Assembly: GCF_022045235.1 (NCBI RefSeq) | Contig: NW_027266264.1 | Span: 84,072,001 to 84,136,000 of the forward strand | DNA: 64,000 bases | Reading direction: 5' to 3' | Origin: Haliotis cracherodii | Taxonomy: Eukaryota | Shown here: positions 14,701 to 24,474 of the stretch, piece by piece | How positions within the stretch are numbered: position 1 is the first letter of the stretch | How the letters are laid out: each line of letters begins with the position of its first letter | Translations under genes and position numbers: made by a program | The notes under the pieces: model-generated | Told to the model about the DNA's origin: nothing | Database searches by the model: none | Seen by the model: the letters and a program-made list of their open reading frames with translations, nothing else

Positions 14701-17700
14701 CCAGTTGCTGGCACAAATTTTACCCGCAACCCCGAGCTTTGTGACTTCAACTTGCCCTGACACGTCTGTGCCGTTTACAAGACGAAGGCTGAATCCTGTA
14801 ATTGAAGTGATTGGACCAATAGGCTCCCCTGGATATGCTTACACAAACAAACATCTGCATCGTCAACACACGACCATCCTCCATAATGATACAACCAGTT
14901 AAATATTGACACTGTGTTAAATGACGAGTAATATGCTTCCAAAGCGCATGTGACACATTTTAGTTATCATTCGCGACTCCAGATGAAAATTGCTGGTGCG
15001 GCATGTAATATAAACTCACTCACTATTACCATTCACAAAAGCTTTGGGCCTTATTGTTTGGGGGAAAATGTTTAGAAACGACAAAAAGTAGCCTTTCCTT
15101 CATCTTCCCGAGGCAAGAGCGTCCACTAGCCTTTCAATCTCATTAAAATCAGATCTTAGTTCTCGCTATCGCTAAACGAAGATCTGAGGACATCCCATTA
15201 CGGGTCACGTCAGAAGGACCTTTCATCCGACCAATCAAAGCGTCGATTAGCAGATCATAAAAGTGACAGTCGGAATGTGTTTTCTAATCATGCAACCTCC
15301 AAAACGTAAATACGGGGTAACGACAGTTACGCCCCGTACGACTAATTCCGTCAAAATTATTGTCTGTCTCTCGCTTCGTGGGTTAAACATTTGAACGGAG
15401 GAGGCGTTGCACAGTACCTGGGAAGCACTGCCTTACAATCGCAACCATATATTAGACATTCCGGAATGTTCGTTTGTTCAGTTTTCCAAATTTTAATCGA
15501 GAACTGTGTCAACCTATTTTTCAAGCGTAGTCTGAAATGGAAGTCGCCAGGTTGAAACGAGTGCCGTAAAGCTACAGAAAGCTGCATTCTAATTGGCTGA
15601 TATCGACTTCTTATGAGTCGTTTTAGTGGTCGGTCAAAGTTCGCGAAAGGTTGTTCTGACGTGACCTTAATGGGATGTCCTCAGATGTCCTCTTTGTTTA
15701 GAGGCAGCGAGAACTTAGATCTGATTTTAATGAGATTGCTAGCCTTTTTAGTAGGCTTTGATAAAGTCTAGTGGCCACTCTTTACACAGGTATACTAGGC
15801 ATTGAGGTATGAAGGAGCTAACAATACAGCGCTCGGCAACTAGGTGTTATCTTCTTTGCAGTCTACTAGATCTAGGTGAGACAATGATAAGCGCACTCTT
15901 ACCCATCTCAACTTCACCCTTCGGTTGAGAGTAGCAGATTGCTGACGCAAGTCGTTTATAACTGCAGTCTGTGTTACGCAGTTGATTTGTGCAGTTGAAG
16001 ATGCTAGCTTCGTTCCCAGAACAGTTAAAGTTCGTCCTTGAGCGCCTTGTGTACAGGTATGGATTACGGGTGTAGGGGCTGAGTTGACTGCAACACAGAG
16101 CTGACCCATCCCGGTAGCCCAGAGACCTGATGATATAAATAAAGTTTCCGTGACAATTGATTGGCTAACCGAGCAGTTTCATTCATAAACCGAAAACATA
16201 GGCTAAGTTCACCGACTACTTTTTCCTGATTGGCTGATAATATAACAGGCGGAGCTTTTGCTGTAATACTGCGCTGACTGTATCACTGATCGCGTGCTTT
16301 TGTCCACAGTTGTTGAGTGTTAATGGTTAAATAATCAGTCTGTGAAGTTATTAGTGCTGACGTATTTATTTTTCTAAAATGACGTTAATGAAATTCCGTT
16401 TATGGAGTTGTAAACAAACACACCGATGTGCTAATTTGCGTAAATCCGCAAAAATATTGAAGTTAAATTCTTGACCAAACAGATTACCATACATACAGCC
16501 AGTTATGGGGGTACACTGACCTGATTCCTGTGATAGGGAGACTAGCTTGTAGTGTTACCTGAATCATTTTCTACCAATTGGTCCTGAATCTACTGTATGG
16601 ATGAATCTCCATCTGTACCTTGATGTTTCACATGTGTCTTTCCTGGTGTTGTGTATCGGGAGCCAGAGATGCCCACTAACAGGCTATCACTAAGTTAATT
16701 TAACTCGAGATGGGAAACATTACCACCACACGGGCTCATGATCTCCATGTTAACGCCACATCTGGTGACCCAAGACACATGATGAGGTGAGGTGAGGTGA
16801 GGTGAGGTGAGGTGAGGTGAAATGGGGTTTAACGTCGCGTCCAAGATTATTGCACTTATAGAGCGACGTTCATGTACGTGTGTGTGTTTGTGTGGCTGCT
16901 TGTACTAGTCCGGACTGATGCTGATTTATAGTGCTAGCTCACTGAGATACCATGCCGCAGTTTAACATGAATATCTCACTCAGACACAGTATACTGACTC
17001 CGAGCCGACCAGTCCTTGTTTTAGCCCCTCAATGGCGAGCGCCAGACAGGGTAACAGGGTAACAACAAGTACCATCTTCAACCAACGTCTTTTGGTATGA
17101 CACGGCCGGGGATCGAACCCGGACCTTCCGCTCTCCGGGCGGACGCTCTACCACTAGACCACGGAGGCGGTCCCAAGACACATGGATGTCAACGTCTGAG
17201 TACAAACGTTTCAAGCCTACTTCGTGCACCTTCATCAGGCTACTCCAACAAATCGAGCAGTGTAACATTCACCTGGTATAAGATGCAATAAAAAGCCTTG
17301 AAATTTTATGTATAAAGAATAAACACTTTCAGATTCATATATCCTAGGTCTCTTTGAACCACATGCTAAATGTCTATCAAAGACGTCTGGTGAGTAACGG
17401 TTGTTAGATACCAAATACCTGCACAAAACCTGGGCATCTCTGTCGTCCCAGCTAGAGTCGCACACTGGTTTCCAGCCGGTCGGATCTCGGTATTGCACAG
17501 CACCAAACGATGTGGAAGGCGCTCTGTACCCGGAGACTAGCGTGTTGCCAACCAAACGGACTGCAAAGTAAATATTCAGGCATAAGTGGCTACATTTTCC
17601 TTTCAATTAACACACATGTTACGCATGTTCGGTGATGTTCAGATGTACTAGCTATGTATGTCTTTGGGTCAGACACCCAATATGTTTCTAGGACTGTCAG

Positions 17701-20700
17701 TACCATTCCCGTGCACTTAAGTGGTAAACGTCTGAGACTTCGGGTTTTTCTCCCACATTAACCTGATGTAACTGAAATTCTGTTAAACCGAACTCACTCA
17801 CTCACAAAGAAGATGCAAATTATGAAAACGACTCTTTAATTATTCCAAGCAAGACCCGTAAAAAAACGTTTTAGTGTTCAATATGTAACAAGACATTGTC
17901 CGATCATCTATACTGCGTGTATGTGTTACATAAACAACTCTGTCTGGGCCCACTTGCACAAAGCGATCGTAGCGCTACGACTATTGTAAGCCTATGTTAA
18001 AGTATGGTAGTTACGATCATCTTAGCGCTAAGATCCCTTTGTGCAAGTGGGCCCTGTTGTTTATTGCTGCACAATATTCAAGCTAAAAGACGGCGGTCTG
18101 AAAATAATCGAGTCTGGACCAGACAATCCAGTGATTGACATCATGAGCATCGAACTCATTTGGGATACGATGACATGCATCAACCAACTCAGTAAGACTG
18201 CCCACCCGATCCCGTTAGCCGCCTCTTACGACAAGCGTGGGTTACTGAAGACCAATTCTACCTCGGATCTTCACGGGGGACAAGCGTGGGTAGCTGAAGC
18301 CCATTTTTAACCCGGATCTTCACGGAAAAGCAACACCCCTGCAAAACGTTAAGGTTATATTGGAATGTATAGTGTTGAAACTCACAGTTATCGTTGGAAC
18401 AAGACACCCCAGCATCTCTGTTATGGCTACGACAGTTGTGATTGGCCCAGCCAGCATACGGACATGAGGCGAGCGTGTTCTCATTGCCTGTACAATGTAC
18501 GTTGTCCATGTAGATCATGCCGCTCCCGCCGCCGTAGTTATAGAGGGCCTTTTGAAAAGCGATAATTGCAAACAGTCATGTGTAGATTGTATATGTCAAG
18601 GTTCCCAATCAATATTGTTTTGAAATCAAATAGAACATGAATATGCCAATGAAAATAGGTGACCCTTTTGGCACATCTTATTCCTCCATTTAATATTGGG
18701 TGAAGTTTGAACAAGTGTGTTGCTCAGTGATGGTGAGGAACTGTCAAGCAATTGGTATTTCTTTTCACGATAGAAACTAGAATGCGTGCATCGCCAGTAC
18801 CTCATAAGCGCGCCTGCCCTACGTTTGATGAAGGAACACATGTCAGTACCTCACGACAGTGTATGCCCTACGCTTCATGAAGGAATTTATGTCAGTACCT
18901 CACGACCGTGTATGGTCTACGTTTGATGAAGGAATTTATGTCAGCACTTCACGACCGTGTACGCCCTACGTTTGATGAAGGAACGTATGACAGTACCTCA
19001 CGACTGTGTACGCCCTACGTTTGATGAAGGAACGTATGACAGTACCTCACGACTGTGTACGCCCTACGTTTGATGAAGGAACACATGTCAGTACCTCATG
19101 ACCGTGTACGCCCTACGTTTGATGAAGGAACGTATGTCAGTACCTCATGACCGTGTACGCCCTACGTTTGATGAAGGAACGCATGTCAGTACCTCATGAC
19201 CGTGTACGCCCTACGTTTGATGAAGGAACGTATGACAATACCTCACAACCGTGTACGCCCTACGTTTGATTAAGGAACACATGACAGTACCTCACGACCG
19301 TGTACACCCTACGTTTGATGAAGGAACGCATGTCAGTACCTCACGACCGTGTACGCCTTACGTTTGATGAAGGAACGTATGTCAGTACCTCATGACCGTG
19401 TATGCCCTACGCTTCATGAAGGAATTTATGTCAGTACCTCACGACCGTGTATGCCTTACGTTTGATGAAGGAAGGCATGTCAGTACCTCATGACCGTGTA
19501 CGCCCTCTACGTTTGATGAAGGAAGTTATGTCAGTACCTCTCGAGCGTGTATGCCCTACGTTTGATGAAGGACGTGCATGCCGGTGTGTGTGTGTGTGAC
19601 TGCTTGTACTTGTCCGGACTGATGCCGATTTATAGTGCTTGCTCTATACCATGCCGCCGTTTAACATGAATACCCCACTCAGACACAATATACTGACACC
19701 GAGCCGACCAGTCCTTGTTTTAGCCCCTTAATGCGGAGCGCCAGACAGGGTAACAACAAGTACCATTTTTTAACGTCTTTTGGTATGACGCGGCCAGGGA
19801 TCGAACCCTGGGCCTTCCGCTCTCCGGGCGGACGCTCCACCACTAGACCACGGAGGGGGTCAAGATCAATATGTAAAGCTCAGACATTAAATAACTCAAA
19901 GTTACACCACACTTTTCGCTTCATAAAATCGAGTGGTTCAGATATCTTCACTGTCGCATGTATTTTAGTTTTCAACTATTTTCAGTAAGAAGATGTTGTG
20001 AATTTAGATCCAAAACTCGGGTCAAACATCTCATTTGTTTATATATTAATTTACATACCGTCCCCCAGCGGTAGCCCAGCATTCGACAGGTGACAGTAGC
20101 ATCTTTGTTCCCCCAGTAATCGGAACACACAGTTCCCCATGGCGCTGTCGCGTTGTTTCTGACCTCCACTCTACCATAGGTCGCAGAAGTGCCAACAATC
20201 CGGACTAAAATCGCTGAAATAAGAATTTAAGAAGTGGCATCAGGTTACTACATTCATTGGGACCATGGGTGGCCCAGTCGTCGACGTCCCCGCAGCTCGT
20301 GGTTCCAGGAGCCAGGGGTCGTGGGTTCGAATCCAAGATTCGTCCTTAATATGGTCCGGCGTTCGTCAGCTCCGTGCTCGTGGGTTTCACCTCCGGGTAG
20401 ACGTGCAGGGTATACAACACTGTGGACTTTCTTAGCCTAGTGGTTAAAGCGTTCGCTCTTCACGCCGAAGACCCGGGTTTGATTCCCCACAGTGGTACAA
20501 TGTGTGAAGCCCATTTCTGGTCTCCCCCAGTGATATTGCTGGAATATTGCTAAAAGAGGCTTAAAACCAGACTCACTCACTCACTCACTCACTCACTCAC
20601 TCCGCCATTATGCTGACGCATTGTACAGCTTGTGTTAGAGGCAGACATGTTTTCGGTCACTACTTCAAAAGTACTTACACAAAAAAAGTATGGCCTTTTC

Positions 20701-23700
20701 TTTTAATGTTGTTTTGAGTCAAGAAAAAGAATAGATGTTTTGAACTAATGTATATATTGCGATTTCGATTAGTGTCTAGAATAGGTCTTCAGCAACCCAT
20801 ACTTGCCGTAAAAGGCGACTATGCTTGTCGTCAAAGGCGATTGACGCGATCGAGTGGTCAGGCTCGCTGACTTGGTTAATACATGTCATCGATCCCAATT
20901 GCGTGGATCGATGCTCATGATGTCAATCACTGGATTGTCTGGTCCAGACTCGATTATTTACAAACTGGAATATTGCTGAGTGTGGTTTTAAACAACAAAC
21001 AAATCTTACAGCGGTCCGACTCGATTATTTTACAGACAGCCGTCATATTTCTGGAATATTGCTGATTGCGGCGTTAAACAACAAACAAACAAACAAATAG
21101 TGTCTAGTGTCTGATGATCACTACGTCAGATTAATTTAATCGAAGAGTGTTATAGGCATTTACATATTGCAGGAGTGCTGTATAAAATGATTCAGCTGAG
21201 CGCGGGGGCAGAAATAGCAATACAGAAGGGGAGTGTATTGGTAATTGTGACAGGTAAACGTGTGATAATGCGGTGATTAGGATCATAATACACAGGACAA
21301 AAGAGTGTACCCTTTGGAATAGAATCAGTCATGTGAGGTGTGGGTTAATCGACAGTGATGAGGAGACATCTTGTCATGTATGAACATGTGTTTGGTGTGG
21401 TAGTTACTGTAGCGCATGTTTGTCAGTAGAGGGGATTGTTGTAACACGATAGGCCCTGTGTAATGTCTAACACGCCTCTTGTTGGGTAACTTTATCTGGC
21501 CATAGGTGATCACAGGGGCGTTTCCACAGGTACGGGGGGTGTCGAGAGGTGTCGGGAAGTGTCGGGAGATGTCGAGAGGTGTCGGGAAGTGTCGGGAGAT
21601 GTCGGGAGATGTCGAGAGGTGTCGGGAGGTGTCGGGAAGTGTCGAGAGGTGTCAGGAGGTGTCGGGAGATGTCGGGAGATGTCGAGAGGTGTCGGGAAGT
21701 GTCGGGAGATGTCGGGAGATGTCGAGAGGTGTCGGGAGGTGTCGGGAAGTGTCGAGAGGTGTCAGGAGGTGTCAGGAGGTGTCGGGAGATGTCGAGAGGT
21801 GTCGGGAGGTGTCGGGAGGTGTCGAGAGGTGTCGGGAAGTGTCGGGAGATGTCAGGAGGTGTCGAGCCAAGGGCAGACAACACGGGAGACGGCAGTTCTG
21901 TTGGTAGACAAATACAACACTAGAGGATATCACTTCAGCTATGGCGACAGTTTGTGTTCCAGAATATAGTCGGAAAAAGTAGACAGATCTATGTGGATTA
22001 ACTGGACTATTGATAAAGTACCAGTACATGGAAGACGTGCATGGGTTAACTGGATATTGACAAAGTATATGGTAGATGTGCATGGGTTAACTGGATATTG
22101 ACAAAGTATATGGTAGACGTGCATGGGTTAACTGGATATTGACAAAGTATATGGTAGACGTGCATGGGTTAACTGGATATTGACAAAGTATATGGTAGAC
22201 GTGCATGGGTTAACTGGATATTGACAAAGTATATGGTAGACGTGCATGGGTTAACTGGATATTGACAAAGTATATGGGAGACATGCATGGGTTAACTGGA
22301 TATTGACAAAGTATATGGTAGATGTGCATGGGTTAACTGGATATTGACAAAGTATATGGTAGACGTGCATGGGTTAACTGGATATTGACAAAGTATATGG
22401 TAGACGTGCATGGGTTAACTGGATATTGACAAAGTATATGGTAGACGTGCATGGGTTAACTGGATATTGACAAAGTATATGGTAGACGTGCATGGGTTAA
22501 CTGGATATTGACAAAGTATATGGTAGACGTGCATGGGTTAACTGGATATTGACAAAGTATATGGTAGACGTGCATGGGTTAACTGGATATTGACAAAGTA
22601 TATGGGAGACGTGCATGGGTTAACTGGATATTGACAAAGTATATGGTAGACGTGCATAGGTTAACTGGATATTGACAAAGTATATGGTAGACGTGCATAG
22701 GTTAACTGGATATTGACAAAGTATATGGTAGACGTGCATAGGTTAACTGGATATTGACAAAGTATATGGTAGACGTGCATGGGTTAACTGGATATTGACA
22801 AAGTATATGGGAGACATGCATGGGTTAACTGGATATTGACAAAGTATATGGTAGAGGTGCATGGGTTAACTGGATATTGACAAAGTATATGGTAGACGTG
22901 CATAGGTTAACTGGATATTGACAAAGTATATGGTAGATGTGCATGGGTTAACTGGATATTGACAAAGTATATGGTAGACGTGCATGGGTTAACTGGATAT
23001 TGACAAAGTATATGGGAGACATGCATGGGTTAACTGGATATTGACAAAGTATATGGTAGAGGTGCATGGGTTAACTGGATATTGACAAAGTATATGGTAG
23101 ACGTGCATGGGTTAACTGGATATTGACAAAGTATATGGTAGACGTGCATGGGTTAACTGGATATTGACAAAGTATATGGGAGACATACGAGGGTTACCTG
23201 GAGTAGAGACAAGGTATAACAAACATTATTACTCGCCAAAACAAGTAGTGAAAACATGTGACTGTCTATTACTACAAGTCGTGTTTGTCATATATTGCCA
23301 ACCGTCCTTACAACACTGTACTGACAATATCAGAGTCCATCACAAGTATATATAAATACAAGACCACTTCACAGTATGGAGACGTGACGAGGCACAACAA
23401 ATACCGTACAGGTGTACCCCCAGCCTTGTCACAGTCTACTCTCGTGTCTGTTCATGGTTATTTTATCATTATTAACGTAGATACATCGAGCCTCTGGTGA
23501 ACAACATACATTAACCCCTACCCCGAGCACTACCCTACCTACGCCTTCCTTACCCTTTTGCTACCCTTACCTTACCGTACACCACCTACACGATACCCTA
23601 CACCGCCACACCACACCACACCACCTCAGATAACACTCGATCCCACCCCACCTTACCCTACCCTACCCTACCCTACAGGCTCGTGTACCTGGGGGTAACC

Positions 23701-24357
23701 GGAGGGGCGTGGCTCGGGATTTACACAATCACTCAGATTACAGTGAGTGAGTGAGTGAGTAAATTGGGTTTAACGACGCTTTGAATAATATTCCAGTTAT
23801 ATCACGACGTGTCAACTTTATTTCGGACGAAATCTGAAGTGATGCAGGTCTCAGAGGTTTACCACTTTAATGAAATCTACGGTGGTAACAGGACGATGGT
23901 AACTGGTTAACTGGGTGGACAGGACGGTGATAACTAGTTAACTGGATGGACAGGGCGGTGGTAACTAGTTAACTGGATGGACAGGGCGGTGGTAACTAGT
24001 TAACTGGGTGGACAGGACGGTGATAACTAGTTAACTGGATGGACAGGGCGGTGGTAACTAGTTAACTGGATGGACAGGGCGGTGGTAACTAGTTAACTGG
24101 GTGGACAGGACGGTGATAACTAGTTAACTGGATGGACAGGGCGGTGGTAACTGGTTCACGGCGTGAGCATACAGATGCATATATAGACATGGTTACTGTA
24201 TATCTAAATGCATATATCCTGCTCGTTTGAAAGATTTTACAAACACATAACAACGCGATTCTTATTGAACTGTAAAAGTGGACTTACTGCTTGGTCGTTG
24301 TGCGTTAACACTGACCACAATGGCCAGTGCTAGGACCAGACTGAGATGGTGGTCCAT
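122..24357 (-). CDS. Multi-SRCR (scavenger receptor cysteine-rich) DMBT1-like secreted/surface protein; signal peptide + >=15 SRCR domains; 3' end lies beyond the left edge
   Basis: 20 exons, all GT-AG with consistent phases: 24357-24288, 20213-20059, 18548-18386, 17560-17419, 16126-15903, 14795-14490, 13608-13447, 13285-13124, 12593-12264, 11523-11200, 10798-10642, 8506-8349, 7000-6671, 6413-6099, 5979-5647, 3615-3304, 2813-2490, 1670-1344, 1179-865, 457-122 (4945 nt, no stop). Repeated GRVEV..W..VC..A.VVC..LG..C.G.E..L..C..C..A.V.C SRCR signature. Orthology to DMBT1 is not established. Confidence 0.93.
865..1179 (-). CDS. SRCR gene exon 19 (SRCR14)
   Basis: RVMGSSTVNYGRVEVYRNNQWSPVC...YATVYCSYNNIR; donor ambiguous (exon end 865 or 871, both phase 1). 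Confidence 0.88.
1344..1670 (-). CDS. SRCR gene exon 18 (SRCR13)
   Basis: LQVRLGNKTGSAGRVELSVDGSWGTMC...HKKDNAIMCFDN. Confidence 0.92.
2139..2410 (+). mobile_element. SINE family D
   Basis: Matches the copy at 43399. Confidence 0.82.
2490..2813 (-). CDS. SRCR gene exon 17 (SRCR12)
   Basis: YTLALQNTYQGRVTI...GYICPDGFDDREAMVIC...AAVYCYQTS. Confidence 0.92.
3304..3615 (-). CDS. SRCR gene exon 16 (SRCR11)
   Basis: RLRPNRQYGAVQV...MVCADNFNDISAKVVC...YASAVCSNTNPRS. Confidence 0.92.
4038..4211. mobile_element. Tc1/pogo-like MITE (CAGT termini)
   Basis: CAGTAAACTACGGTTAAAACGAA...TTCGTTATAAACGTAGTTTACTG followed by TA; diverged inverted copy at 38322-38485. Confidence 0.7.
5284..5465 (-). mobile_element. 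SINE family B
   Basis: 14-bp TSD GCAAACCATGAGGT at 5270-5283 and 5466-5479. Confidence 0.82.
5647..5979 (-). CDS. SRCR gene exon 15 (SRCR10)
   Basis: VNLRLIKNG...GRVEVQIGGVWGSVC...HRYDVGVQCSGL. Confidence 0.92.
6099..6413 (-). CDS. SRCR gene exon 14 (SRCR9)
   Basis: FDVVLG...ATVCNTGWGDEEAGVVC...AAYVYCYNDNT. Confidence 0.92.
6671..7000 (-). CDS. SRCR gene exon 13 (SRCR8)
   Basis: KLVRGTTNV...WRIICGSGFDNYDATVVC...YASVICSKQPVTN. Confidence 0.92.
7485..8084. mobile_element. Second copy of the same Mutator-like MITE
   Basis: Same TIRs and interior as 15135-15738; degenerate TSD GTTATGCTC/GTTATCCTT. Confidence 0.85.
8349..8506 (-). CDS. SRCR gene exon 12 (SRCR7 C-half)
   Basis: SFGPGSGQVYLSDPYCYGIESSVFQC...HANDLGVQCYGN. 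Confidence 0.9.
9640..10600. repeat. 35-bp minisatellite, about 27 copies
   Basis: ATATCCTGCATCACAATACAGTAGCTCCTGTCAAT. Confidence 0.95.
10642..10798 (-). CDS. SRCR gene exon 11 (SRCR7 N-half)
   Basis: TRLELVGGTAMSGRVEIIYEGVRGTVC...AVCRQLGFNDGIAS; phase-2 GTAAGT donor. Confidence 0.88.
11200..11523 (-). CDS. SRCR gene exon 10 (SRCR6)
   Basis: TSIKLTGGPDQ...SGRVCEVNWDDTDAGVVC...AGVLCYRNN. Confidence 0.92.
11692..11754. repeat. (GA)n microsatellite
   Basis: Seen directly. Confidence 0.9.
12264..12593 (-). CDS. SRCR gene exon 9 (SRCR5)
   Basis: RLYRGDHGHG...WQPLCGTGFDDTAAKVVC...YASVSCYNGTLNT. Confidence 0.92.
13124..13285 (-). CDS. SRCR gene exon 8 (SRCR4 C-half)
   Basis: SYYGRGSGPIFMDSLYCGGYEQTLWSC...HSKDASVTCFNE. 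Confidence 0.9.
13447..13608 (-). CDS. SRCR gene exon 7 (SRCR4 N-half)
   Basis: PPQLSLAGGDSSHGRVEITFDGETGTVCDNSF...VVCQTLGFKDGNYLT. Confidence 0.9.
14490..14795 (-). CDS. SRCR gene exon 6 (SRCR3)
   Basis: FSLRLVNGTDVSGQVEV...ANVLCYNN; phase 1-1. Confidence 0.92.
15135..15738. mobile_element. MITE with ~90-bp TIRs and 9-bp TSD (Mutator-like)
   Basis: CAATCTCATTAAAATCAGATCT...AGATCTGATTTTAATGAGATTG; TSD CTAGCCTTT at 15126-15134 and 15739-15747. Confidence 0.88.
15903..16126 (-). CDS. SRCR gene exon 5 (SRCR2 C-half)
   Basis: SLGYRDGSALCCSQ...FNCSGNEASIFNC...LASAICYSQPKGEVEM; this frame is not in the ORF track; CAG acceptor, GTAAGA donor. Confidence 0.88.
16782..17172 (-). mobile_element. tRNA-derived SINE family C (other copies 19572-19861 -, 28363-28703 -, 37722-37877 + partial, 33094-33235 - degenerate)
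   Basis: A box TGGTCTAGTGG, B box GGTTCGATCC, (CACCT)n tail, TSD CCCAAGACACATG. Confidence 0.85.
17419..17560 (-). CDS. SRCR gene exon 4 (SRCR2 N-half)
   Basis: RLVGNTLV...GWKPVCDSSWDDRDAQVLCR; phase-2 donor. Confidence 0.9.
17947..18053. mobile_element. Small palindromic MITE with CTG TSD (PIF/Harbinger-like)
   Basis: TIR GGCCCACTTGCACAAAG / CTTTGTGCAAGTGGGCC, flanked by CTG on both sides. Confidence 0.75.
18056..18325 (-). mobile_element. SINE family B with duplicated head
   Basis: Core as above; GGATCTTCACGG occurs twice. Confidence 0.8.
18386..18548 (-). CDS. SRCR gene exon 3 (SRCR1 C-half)
   Basis: ALYNYGGGSGMIYMDNVHCTGNE...HNRDAGVSCSNDN; AAG acceptor, GTGAGT donor. Confidence 0.9.
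18816..19572. repeat. 49-bp minisatellite, about 15 copies
   Basis: TACGTTTGATGAAGGAACGTATGTCAGTACCTCACGACCGTGTACGCCC. Confidence 0.95.
19572..19861 (-). mobile_element. SINE family C abutting the 49-bp minisatellite
   Basis: Matches the copy at 16782. Confidence 0.8.
20059..20213 (-). CDS. SRCR gene exon 2 (SRCR1 N-half)
   Basis: TILVRIVGTSATYGRVEVRNNATAPWGTVCSDYW...CRMLGYRWGT; CAG acceptor, GTATGT donor. Confidence 0.92.
20433..20602 (+). mobile_element. SINE family A, directly after a family D head (20259-20400)
   Basis: Same body and (TCAC)n tail. Confidence 0.82.
20780..21097 (+). mobile_element. SINE family B with duplicated tail
   Basis: TSD TAGTGTCTAG; reverse complement of the other B copies. 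Confidence 0.82.
21537..21866. repeat. 10-bp tandem repeat, about 33 copies
   Basis: GTCGGGAGGT/GTCGAGAGGT/GTCGGGAGAT/GTCGGGAAGT. Confidence 0.95.
22020..23190. repeat. 41-bp minisatellite, about 28 copies
   Basis: GACGTGCATGGGTTAACTGGATATTGACAAAGTATATGGTA. Confidence 0.95.
23885..24156. repeat. 31-bp minisatellite, about 8 copies
   Basis: GGTAACTAGTTAACTGGATGGACAGGGCGGT. Confidence 0.92.
24288..24357 (-). CDS. SRCR gene exon 1: start codon and signal peptide
   Basis: MDHHLSLVLALAIVVSVNAQRPS: hydrophobic core and VNA-Q cleavage-like site. Donor GTAAGT, phase 1, joins exon 2 in frame. Confidence 0.85.
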
Positions 24358-24468
24358 CTCAGACAAGATGTACACTCCGGCCGGCGGTCACCTCTTACCG
24401 TAATAGACCAGGTCTGACTGACTGCGAAGGTGAGTGTGAATTTATCGCATGCAACATACGCCCCCTAA

Positions 24469-24474
24469 TTTATA
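24469..24474 (-). promoter_or_regulatory. Candidate TATA box for the SRCR gene
   Basis: TATAAA on the minus strand about 110 nt upstream of ATG 24357; position only, no transcript evidence. Confidence 0.35.

Noticed and set aside
18816-19572. TTGATGAAGG in the 49-mer as a hammerhead core
   Set aside because: No stem II followed by GAAA in the unit.
21467-21969. PDTSRH/CREVSG repeat ORFs
   Set aside because: Translation of a 10-bp tandem repeat in all frames; not needed for the SRCR exon chain. A mucin-like spacer exon was considered, but no supporting splice sites were identified.
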